Shown here: in pieces, positions 1 to 7,319 of the stretch
How the letters are laid out: each line of letters opens with the position of its first letter
How positions within the stretch are numbered: the stretch's first letter is position 1
Source of the DNA: Promethearchaeota archaeon
Lineage (GTDB): Archaea; Asgardarchaeota; Lokiarchaeia; Sigyniarchaeales; SOKP01
DNA: 14,889 bases
Assembly: GCA_011364975.1 (NCBI GenBank)
Contig: RDOE01000080.1
Span: 1 to 14,889, forward strand
Reading direction: 5' to 3'
Program-made: the position numbers and the translations under genes
Notes under the pieces: generated by a model
Told to the model about the DNA's origin: nothing
Database searches by the model: none
The model's input: the letters and a program-made list of their open reading frames with translations, nothing else

Positions 1-132
1 TATAACTACGAAAATATAAGGTTATATTAATTAATCACATTAAATTGAAGTTCTGTACCATTTTTATCGTAGCATTTATTATTATTATTAATTAAAATTA
101 AATGAAGTTCATATTAAATGAATTGATAAATT

Positions 133-1305
133 ATGAGAAACTTTAATTATTTTCATCCATCTCGAATTCAGTTTGGATGGGGTCGAATAAACGAGATTGG
201 AAAAATAATAAAAAGAAACGGCATAAGATGTTTATTAGTTACTGTTAAACCATTTATCGCGATGGAAGAATTATTTTTAAAAGTGATAAAGTTATGCCAA
301 GAAGAAGGCGTAGAAATAATTCATTATGATGGTGCTATTCCAGAACCCACCGATGAATGTGTAAACATCGGTTCTGAGATTGCTAAAGAAAATAATGCAG
401 ATGTAATCTTAGGAGTGGGAGGTGGTTCAACTATTGACACAGCAAAAGCTATTGCTGTGGGCACTACACATGAAGGGGGTGTTTGGAATTATAGGTTGGG
501 TCAAAAACGAATAGACAGTAAAAAAGTCCTTCCAATCATTGCCGTACCAACTACAGGTGGTACTGGAGCAGAGGTCACTAATATGGCAGTAATAAAAAGT
601 TCTAAAGACAAGATCAAATCTGCGTTAGCTGATTGGAATCTTACTCCAAGCGTTGCACTTGTCGATCCTGAACTTACCTTGACTGTTCCACCACATATTA
701 CGGCTTCTACTGGTTTTGATGCATTTACTCATTCATTTGAAACTTTTATAAATAAAAATTCCTCAGATTTTATAGATATATTCGCTTTGCAAGCATTAAA
801 AAATGTAATAAAGTATTTACCAATTGCTATTGAAAATGGTACAAATAAGGAAGCAAGAGAAGCCCTTTCATTTGCTGCTACACTTGGGGGGCTCTGCATT
901 TCGAATATAGGAACCACACTCCCTCACGGAATAGCAATGGCTCTTGGAGGACATGCTTCTGGTATCAGTCATGGTGAGGGCCTTGCGATACTATATCCTG
1001 AAGTTAATCGTTGGACTTGGAGACATGCAATTAAGAAATATGCAGTAGTTGGACGTTTATTTAATCCTGTTTTGGAAAAAAGTTCTGATGAAAGCGCTGC
1101 CGAAAAGTGTTGCGATGAAATTGAATCATTTTTAAAGAAAATTGGATTATGGATCAGTTTGGAAGATAAGGTTGTATCTGAAGACGATATTGGAGCGATA
1201 GCCGGTGATACACTTAATCTCCGTAATTACACACTACATCCAAAAATTGCTAATTTTGAAGATATCTCTGATTTGATTAAAAAAAGTTTTAGAAGAAATA
1301 AGTAA
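133..1305 (+). CDS. Iron-containing alcohol dehydrogenase (Fe-ADH family)
   Basis: 390 aa; GGGSTIDTAK and PTTGGTGAE NAD(P)-binding motifs, VDPELT, metal ligands in DAFTHSFE, LPHG and SHG; typical N-terminal P-x-R-I-x-F-G-x-G. Confidence 0.93.
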   Translation: MRNFNYFHPSRIQFGWGRINEIGKIIKRNGIRCLLVTVKPFIAMEELFLKVIKLCQEEGVEIIHYDGAIPEPTDECVNIGSEIAKENNADVILGVGGGSTIDTAKAIAVGTTHEGGVWNYRLGQKRIDSKKVLPIIAVPTTGGTGAEVTNMAVIKSSKDKIKSALADWNLTPSVALVDPELTLTVPPHITASTGFDAFTHSFETFINKNSSDFIDIFALQALKNVIKYLPIAIENGTNKEAREALSFAATLGGLCISNIGTTLPHGIAMALGGHASGISHGEGLAILYPEVNRWTWRHAIKKYAVVGRLFNPVLEKSSDESAAEKCCDEIESFLKKIGLWISLEDKVVSEDDIGAIAGDTLNLRNYTLHPKIANFEDISDLIKKSFRRNK

Positions 1306-1319
1306 ACAATAGTGTCATA

Positions 1320-1673
1320 ATGGAATTTAAAGATAAATTAAAATGGAAAAAATGTAGTAAGTGTGAATTTTTACAACATCCATCACATCTTAGATGTTTG
1401 AATTGTAAGAATGATAAATTTATCTTTATTGAATCTACGGATAAATGTACCTTACTTACTTATACCATTCTTAAAGCACCACCAATGGAATTTAGAAGCC
1501 AGAAATCCTATGCATTAGGTCTTGTCGAATTTAATAATGGAATCAAAGCTTTAGGTCAACTTTCTACGGATTTAGAATTAGTCCCGGGTATGCAATTAAA
1601 ACCAGTTTTTAAGAAAATATGTGAAAACTTAAATGGCGAGGAGATTTATTCCTTTATCTTTGTACCTTTATAA
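1320..1673 (+). CDS. DUF35-family Zn-ribbon/OB-fold protein (acyl-CoA-binding scaffold type)
   Basis: 117 aa; CSKC and CLNC zinc knuckles followed by OB-fold strands TLLTYT, PP, YALGLVEFNNG and PGMQLKPVF. Confidence 0.88.
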   Translation: MEFKDKLKWKKCSKCEFLQHPSHLRCLNCKNDKFIFIESTDKCTLLTYTILKAPPMEFRSQKSYALGLVEFNNGIKALGQLSTDLELVPGMQLKPVFKKICENLNGEEIYSFIFVPL

Positions 1674-1709
1674 TTAAACTATAATAAGAGGATAATATTA
1701 TATTTAGAT

Positions 1710-1721
1710 AAAGCCTATAAA
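1710..1721 (+). promoter_or_regulatory. Putative archaeal BRE/TATA element upstream of korC
   Basis: AAAGCCTATAAA about 40 nt upstream of ATG 1762; AT-rich background limits certainty. Confidence 0.35.
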
Positions 1722-1761
1722 CTAATTTAAAATAAAAGAATTAAGTATTTTAATACTCTCT

Positions 1762-2331
1762 ATGAATGAAAAACTAAAAATAAGATTTTCAGGTAGAGGT
1801 GGACAAGGCATCAAATTTGTAGGTAGCGTACTAGTTCGAGTTGCAATGGTTGCTAACTATTATGCTACTCTAACAGTCGACTACACACCTTCTGTTAGAG
1901 GAGGTCCAATTTTTTGTGATGTAATCCTAAGTTCTGCTCCTATCTCATATCCATTCTGTGATAAAGATGCTGATGTTTTTATTGCTATTGACCAAAATGG
2001 ATTAGTACGCGCTTCTGAATGTATATATGAAAAGACAGAATGCTTTATAGATGAACATACAATAATTAACGCCGAAGAAGTTATTAAAGAAGGAAAAATT
2101 CACCGCGTTCCAATTACAAAACGAGCTGATGAAAACAAAATCCCAAAAAGTGCCAATATTCTTTGTTTAGGATTACTCTCAGAATATCTAAAAGATAAAG
2201 CAAAAATTAATTTAAAAGAAGAGAATTATAATCAAGTCTTAAATAAAATGCCCGAACGGTTTAGAGCAATCAATATTCGAGGTTACCAACTTGGTCAAGC
2301 GATTTATCAGGAATTACTAAATAAATCTTAA
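1762..2331 (+). CDS. korC: 2-oxoacid:ferredoxin oxidoreductase gamma subunit (KorC/PorC-like)
   Basis: 189 aa; N-terminal IRFSGRGGQG, Y-x-P-x-x-RGG, ANILCLG and C-terminal INIRGYQLG; next to delta/alpha/beta genes. Substrate specificity not determinable. Confidence 0.88.
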   Translation: MNEKLKIRFSGRGGQGIKFVGSVLVRVAMVANYYATLTVDYTPSVRGGPIFCDVILSSAPISYPFCDKDADVFIAIDQNGLVRASECIYEKTECFIDEHTIINAEEVIKEGKIHRVPITKRADENKIPKSANILCLGLLSEYLKDKAKINLKEENYNQVLNKMPERFRAINIRGYQLGQAIYQELLNKS

Positions 2332-2437
2332 TAATATTGTCTCTCTTTTATAAAAAAATTATAAGATTTGATATTTAAAATCTCATAAATGGAATTCTGC
2401 AAAAATAAATCCCTATTAAATAAGATACTTATCCTTT

Positions 2438-2455
2438 GAAAAAGCAACTTTAAAA
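2438..2455 (+). promoter_or_regulatory. Putative BRE/TATA element for the korD-korA-korB-hdrA operon
   Basis: GAAAAAGCAACTTTAAAA in the 197-nt gap between korC and korD; the same AACTTTAAA core occurs at 10240-10248 upstream of the eIF2B-like gene. Confidence 0.35.
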
Positions 2456-2528
2456 GAGAACTAATTTTTTTAAAAGCATAAGAGAAAAAATAGTAGTTAG
2501 AAACATCTCAATAGCAGAGGATTAAAAA

Positions 2529-2816
2529 ATGTTAAAATCTAAACGTTCTCCCATCCTACCTCCTCCTCCACCTGAAAATAAATATGAAATATTTATAGAT
2601 TCTGAACAATGTGATGGTTGTGAATTATGTTTATCATTCTGTCCAAAAGATATAATAGAAATTAGTGAAGATAAATTTAATAGCCGAATGCTTCATTATG
2701 CGACCGTAGTTAAACCTGATGAGTGTGCTGGATGCAGACAATGTGAACGGTTATGCCCTACAGTTTCGCTATATATCGTGGAAATCTATATTAAGGAGGA
2801 GAAGAATAATGAGTAA
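2529..2816 (+). CDS. korD: 2x[4Fe-4S] ferredoxin, 2-oxoacid oxidoreductase delta subunit
   Basis: 95 aa; CDGCELCLSFCP and CAGCRQCERLCP; GAGG just upstream; stop overlaps the alpha-subunit start. Confidence 0.9.
   Translation: MLKSKRSPILPPPPPENKYEIFIDSEQCDGCELCLSFCPKDIIEISEDKFNSRMLHYATVVKPDECAGCRQCERLCPTVSLYIVEIYIKEEKNNE
2793..2801 (+). promoter_or_regulatory. Shine-Dalgarno-like site for korA
   Basis: AAGGAGGAG ending 7 nt before ATG 2809. Confidence 0.65.
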
Positions 2817-3954
2817 AGTACATCTCCAAGAGAGAAGAATTCTTACTACTGGAAATTATGCATGCGCGGAAGGCGCAATTACAGCGGGATGTTTGTATTT
2901 TGCGGGGTATCCAATCACCCCATCCTCAGAAATTGCAGCTTATATGTCAAGACGTCTTCCTCAGGTTAATGGAACTTTTGTTCAAATGGAAGATGAACTT
3001 GCTTCAATCACAAGTTGTTTTGGAGCTTCTTATGCTGGATTAAAAGCTATGACAGCGACTTCAGGACCAGGTTTCTCACTTATGGCGGAAAGTATAGGCT
3101 TGGGTGTAATGTTAGAAGCACCCTCTGTTATTGTTACCATAATGAGAGGAGGTCCTAGTACAGGTCAACCTACAAATGCCTCTCAATCTGATGTATATCA
3201 AACGAGATATGCTTCTCATGGAGATTATGAGATTATTGTATTAGCCCCATCTACGGTTCAAGAAATGTACGACTTAACCATACGCGCATTCAATTTAGCT
3301 GAAAAATATCGAACTCCCGTAATTGTAGCATCAGACGGAATTTTAGGACAAATGATGGAAGTAGTTAATATACATTCAAATATTGAATTAGTTGAACGAA
3401 AAAAACCTCAAGTTCCACCAGAGAAGTATAAACCTTTTGAGACTTATGATAATGATCTTGTGCCTGGAATGGCAATAGCAGGAACCAACTACTCTTTTTA
3501 TGTTACTGGTTTAACTCATGATGTAGAAGGCAATCCAGATATGACTCCAGAAGGAGCAGAAGTTCTCATTAAAAGGTTATGTGATAAAATTAGGAATGCA
3601 AGACCTCAAATTAATGATTGGGAGGAAAAATATTTAGATGATGCTAATACTGTCATCTTAGCCTATGGTATTAATGCAAGAGGAGTGCCTGAAGTAGTAG
3701 AGCAAGCACGCCAAAAAGGTCTTAAAGTGGGTTTTGTACGATTAAAAAGCTTATGGCCTTTTCCTGATGAATTAATGGAAAGAATTGGTAAAATGGGTGT
3801 TTCAAAGGTTATCATTAGTGAAATGAACAATGGAATGGTAATAAGAGAAGTCCAGAGATTCCAACATTTATTTTCTGTTTCGGGTATTAATATCCCTACT
3901 ACCATACCTTTTAGTCCCAAATTTATTTATAAGAAATTGATGAGGGAGATCTAA
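2809..3954 (+). CDS. korA: 2-oxoacid:ferredoxin oxidoreductase alpha subunit
   Basis: TGNYACAEGA, FAGYPITPSSE, QMEDE, TATSGPGFSL and RGGPSTG motifs. Start moved from the track's 2719 to ATG 2809 (SD present; ATGAGTAA overlap with the korD stop). Confidence 0.94.
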   Translation: MSKVHLQERRILTTGNYACAEGAITAGCLYFAGYPITPSSEIAAYMSRRLPQVNGTFVQMEDELASITSCFGASYAGLKAMTATSGPGFSLMAESIGLGVMLEAPSVIVTIMRGGPSTGQPTNASQSDVYQTRYASHGDYEIIVLAPSTVQEMYDLTIRAFNLAEKYRTPVIVASDGILGQMMEVVNIHSNIELVERKKPQVPPEKYKPFETYDNDLVPGMAIAGTNYSFYVTGLTHDVEGNPDMTPEGAEVLIKRLCDKIRNARPQINDWEEKYLDDANTVILAYGINARGVPEVVEQARQKGLKVGFVRLKSLWPFPDELMERIGKMGVSKVIISEMNNGMVIREVQRFQHLFSVSGINIPTTIPFSPKFIYKKLMREI

Positions 3955-3957
3955 CTT

Positions 3958-4842
3958 ATGAATCCATCAAATCAAATCTCAATCCCGCCTGAAGCTCTTC
4001 ATCATCCCTTAAAGGATATGTTAAATTTAAACAGATTCATTTTTTGTCCAGGATGTCTAATTGGAACTGTAATTACATCAATTACAAGTTGTCTAAAAGA
4101 GAGAGGTCTCACATCTAAAGATTATGCTATTGTTTCTGGAATAGGATGTACTGGTCGATCTAGTGGTTGTTTTAAAGCACCTGCTTTTCATACAACACAT
4201 GGGAGAGCTATACCTTTTGCAACTGGCTTAAAATTAGCAAATCCTAAATTAAAAGTTATTGTACTTTCGGGAGATGGAGATCTTTTTGCGATAGGTGGGA
4301 ATCATTTTATTCATGCAGCTAGAAGAAACGTAGAAATAACGGTTCTTTGTGTAAATAATAATATATATGGCATGACAGGAGGACAAGTAGCTCCCACAAG
4401 CCAGATAGGTGATATAACCGCAACAACTCCTTATGGAAATTTAGAACCCCCTTTTAACTTAATAACTCTCGCTGCTGCTGCAGGAGCAACTTATGTGGCT
4501 AGATGGCCTGGATATGATACATTAAGATTACAAAAGAGTATTTTTAAATGTCTAGATAATGAAGGATTTAGTTTTATAGAAGTCCTTGCTCCTTGTTTTG
4601 TTCAATACGGGTCAAAAAATAGGTTAGGCGATGCCATAGAGATGTTAGAATGGTTAAAAAAGCAAATTAGAATTAAGGTCGGTTGGCCCGCTCATCAAGC
4701 AACTTTTGACTTCAAAAAAGGGATTATTATTTGTGGGGAATTTGTTGAGGAACAACGAGAAGGATTTAGTAAAAAAATAGAACAAGTTCGAATTAAAGCT
4801 CAAAACAAAAAAATAGAGAAAATAAATAACGATAGTGAGTGA
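3958..4842 (+). CDS. korB: 2-oxoacid:ferredoxin oxidoreductase beta subunit (TPP-binding)
   Basis: 294 aa; FCPGC, SGIGC, HGRA, GDGD...GGNH...NN TPP motif, YGMTGGQ-x-APT and APC; starts 3 nt after the korA stop. Confidence 0.94.
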   Translation: MNPSNQISIPPEALHHPLKDMLNLNRFIFCPGCLIGTVITSITSCLKERGLTSKDYAIVSGIGCTGRSSGCFKAPAFHTTHGRAIPFATGLKLANPKLKVIVLSGDGDLFAIGGNHFIHAARRNVEITVLCVNNNIYGMTGGQVAPTSQIGDITATTPYGNLEPPFNLITLAAAAGATYVARWPGYDTLRLQKSIFKCLDNEGFSFIEVLAPCFVQYGSKNRLGDAIEMLEWLKKQIRIKVGWPAHQATFDFKKGIIICGEFVEEQREGFSKKIEQVRIKAQNKKIEKINNDSE

Positions 4843-7198
4843 ATATATGACTGAGAGTAATGATAAGCCTAAAATAGAGCCTAAAATTGGGGTTTTTCTC
4901 TGTAAATGTGGAAAAAATATTGGTGGAACCGTTGATATTGATGAATTAGCTAAAGAAATTGAAAAAGATTCAAGAATCAAACTTGTTCAAGTTAACACAT
5001 ACACATGCTCAGATCCTGGACAAGTAGAAATCGAAACAGCAATTAAAGAACAAAATGTAGAAAAGATAGTTGTTGCAGCATGCTCCCCAAGATTGCACGG
5101 TCCAACATGGAAAAAGCTTCTAAGACGAGTTGGAATTAATCCCTCTCTTGTAGAAGTGGCTAATATCCGAGAACAATGTAGTTGGGTTCATCTTTCAGAG
5201 AAAGAAGAGGCAACTAAAAAAGCTAAAGATATCCTTGAAATGGCTATTGCTAAAGCGGAGTTATTAGAAGCAATTGATGATATAGTAGTCCCTATTACGC
5301 GAAGAGTCTTAATCATTGGAGGAGGCGTAGCAGGAATTCAAGCAGCGTTAGATCTAGCTGATAATTATGAAGTAATTCTTGTTGAAAAAGCACCTACTAT
5401 TGGAGGAAAAATGGCTCTCATAGATAAAACTTTTCCAACAATGGATTGTTCAATCTGTATTTTAGGTCCTAAAATGGCTGATGTAGGTAATCATGAAAAT
5501 ATTAATTTAATTTCCTGTGGGGAAGTTACAAATATATCTGGATACATTGGTAACTTTGAGGTTACAATTAAAAAATATCCACGATATGTAGATGAGGATC
5601 TCTGTACTGCATGCGCGGATTGCGTTTCAATCTGCCCTGTAAATGTAGTTGATGAATACTCTGGCAACTTAGGTTGGAGAAAAGCAATATATATTCCATA
5701 TCCACAAGCAGTACCAGCTTGTTACATAATTGATGAAAAGAGCTGTTTAGGGCTTTCCCCTCTAGCTTGTGGAAAGTGTGTCCCTAAATGTGAAAAAGAA
5801 GCCATTAATTATGAGGATTCCGAAAAAATCTTTAATTATAAAGTTGGAGCTATTATAATTGCAGTAGGATTTGAACTTTTTGATGCTTCTAAGCTCCCAG
5901 AATATGGGTGGGGTAATTATCCTAACGTTATAACAACCTTTGAATTTGAGAGGTTAATTAATGCGGCAGGACCAACAAATGGAGAACTAGTACGTCCCAG
6001 TGATCTTAGGAAACCAAAAAGAGTTGCTTTTATTAATTGTGTCGGTTCACGTGATAAAAGATTTAATCCTTATTGTTCTAATTTCTGCTGCATGGAAAGT
6101 ATAAAAGATAGCCTTTTAATTAAAGAACATTGGCCTGATGTCGAGGTTACAATACTCTTTATTGATATTAGGGCTTTTGGTAAAGGATTTGAAGAACTAT
6201 ATTCACGAGCTAGAGAAGAACGTGTTTTATTTATCCGAGGGCGCCCAGGTCAGATTAAAGAAAATCCTATTACAAATAATCTTATTGTGAAAGTTGAAGA
6301 TATAAGCACTGGAACAATTTTTTCTGAAGAATTTGATTTAGTAGTGCTTTCTATAGGTGTTGAAGGATCATCGGAACCCATTCCATTTCCTATTGCTAAG
6401 GATTCAGACGGATTTTATATTGAAGCCCATCCTAAGCTTCGACCTGTAGATACTCCTACTGATGGTATTTTCATTGCTGGTGGAGCCGAATCACCAAAAG
6501 ATATTAGAGAAACTGTTACACAGGCTAGTGCCGCGGCAGGACGGTGTGGTAATTTACTCTCAGAGGAGGAATTCCATGTAGAGCCTTTATTTGCATTTGT
6601 GGATATTGATAAGTGTACTAGCTGCGGAACTTGTGTATCTCGTTGTCCTTACGGTGCTATTAGTGTCGACACGGAAAAAAAAACTCCAGCACGAATTATT
6701 CCAGTGTTATGTAAAGGTTGTGGAACATGTGCCGCAGATTGTCCCACTAATGCTATTACAATGACAAATTTTACAGATGCAATGATCTTCAGACAAATTG
6801 ATATAGCTCTTCGTGAAAATGCGTCGGAAAAAGTATTGATTTTTGCTTGTAATTGGTGTTCATATGCTGGAGCTGATTTAGCTGGAACAAGTCGAATTCA
6901 ATATCCAACTAATACTAGAATTGTTAGAACCATGTGTTCAGGACGAGTAAAAATTTCTTTTATTAAGCATTGTTTCAACCGTGGAGCTAGAGCTGTAATG
7001 TTAACTGGATGCCATCCCCAAGATTGCCATTATATTTCCGGAAATGATTTTGCTATAAAACGAGAAAAAAAAATCAGAAGTTGGATGAAAAAGAATAATA
7101 TTTCTGATGAAAGATTTGTCATTGAATGGATTTCTGCTGCAGAAGGTAAAAGGTTTGCTGATATAGTCTCGCAGGTAAGTAAAATCGCTTTAAATTAA
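4835..7198 (+). CDS. hdrA: Heterodisulfide reductase subunit A fused to a C-terminal MvhD [2Fe-2S] domain
   Basis: 787 aa; N-terminal CKCG/YTCS/ACSP/NIREQC cluster, IIGGGVAG FAD motif, DKTFPTMDCSIC, inserted ferredoxin (CTACADC...CP), EFER, CVGSRD, CSNFCC, C-terminal CTSCGTC and CKGCGTC, then MvhD motifs CNWCSY, MCSGR and GCHPQDCHY from about 6830. Start is GTG 4835 or ATG 4847. Confidence 0.95.
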   Translation: MSEYMTESNDKPKIEPKIGVFLCKCGKNIGGTVDIDELAKEIEKDSRIKLVQVNTYTCSDPGQVEIETAIKEQNVEKIVVAACSPRLHGPTWKKLLRRVGINPSLVEVANIREQCSWVHLSEKEEATKKAKDILEMAIAKAELLEAIDDIVVPITRRVLIIGGGVAGIQAALDLADNYEVILVEKAPTIGGKMALIDKTFPTMDCSICILGPKMADVGNHENINLISCGEVTNISGYIGNFEVTIKKYPRYVDEDLCTACADCVSICPVNVVDEYSGNLGWRKAIYIPYPQAVPACYIIDEKSCLGLSPLACGKCVPKCEKEAINYEDSEKIFNYKVGAIIIAVGFELFDASKLPEYGWGNYPNVITTFEFERLINAAGPTNGELVRPSDLRKPKRVAFINCVGSRDKRFNPYCSNFCCMESIKDSLLIKEHWPDVEVTILFIDIRAFGKGFEELYSRAREERVLFIRGRPGQIKENPITNNLIVKVEDISTGTIFSEEFDLVVLSIGVEGSSEPIPFPIAKDSDGFYIEAHPKLRPVDTPTDGIFIAGGAESPKDIRETVTQASAAAGRCGNLLSEEEFHVEPLFAFVDIDKCTSCGTCVSRCPYGAISVDTEKKTPARIIPVLCKGCGTCAADCPTNAITMTNFTDAMIFRQIDIALRENASEKVLIFACNWCSYAGADLAGTSRIQYPTNTRIVRTMCSGRVKISFIKHCFNRGARAVMLTGCHPQDCHYISGNDFAIKREKKIRSWMKKNNISDERFVIEWISAAEGKRFADIVSQVSKIALN

Positions 7199-7319
7199 GT
7201 ATTTAATTCTTATTTTCATTTTAAAGTATATTTATTAGATTAAAAAAGATGAATTATTCTTCCTACACTATTAAGCATATAAATTATTTTAAAAATTTTT
7301 AGAATTAAAAGATGTTATT

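Noticed and set aside
76-93. (TTA)n microsatellite-like run
   Set aside because: Short low-complexity sequence expected in AT-rich spacers.
729-917. 62-aa minus-strand ORF
   Set aside because: Antisense shadow inside the Fe-ADH gene; no motifs.
2496-2504. GTT-AGA-AAC resembling the Thermococcales SurR box upstream of korD
   Set aside because: Only six informative bases, single copy, and no evidence for SurR here.
2719-2808. 30-aa N-terminal extension of KorA in the ORF track
   Set aside because: Overlaps the korD Cys motifs; the SD and family similarity point to ATG 2809.
2858-3920. Short ORFs 2858-3043 (+) and 3663-3920 (-)
   Set aside because: Nested in korA in alternative frames; no recognisable features.
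4801-4842. A7 run near the korB end as a frameshift site fusing KorB to HdrA
   Set aside because: The hdrA frame has TAG at 4814 and TAA at 4823 just after the run, so no fusion is possible there.
4840-4842. TGA of korB (and TGA of the acyl-CoA synthetase gene at 7320-7322) as selenocysteine codons
   Set aside because: Both fall at natural C-termini, not in Cys motifs, and no convincing SECIS was seen.
4654-4980. 108-aa minus-strand hydrophobic ORF
   Set aside because: Antisense to korB/hdrA; Phe/Leu richness mirrors A-rich Lys/Glu codons on the coding strand.
7199-7319. AT-rich near-palindrome (TTTTAAAAATTTTTAGAA) as a terminator hairpin or SECIS after hdrA
   Set aside because: Almost entirely A/T pairing, and hdrA has no UGA to recode; T-tracts may terminate transcription but no site can be pinned.
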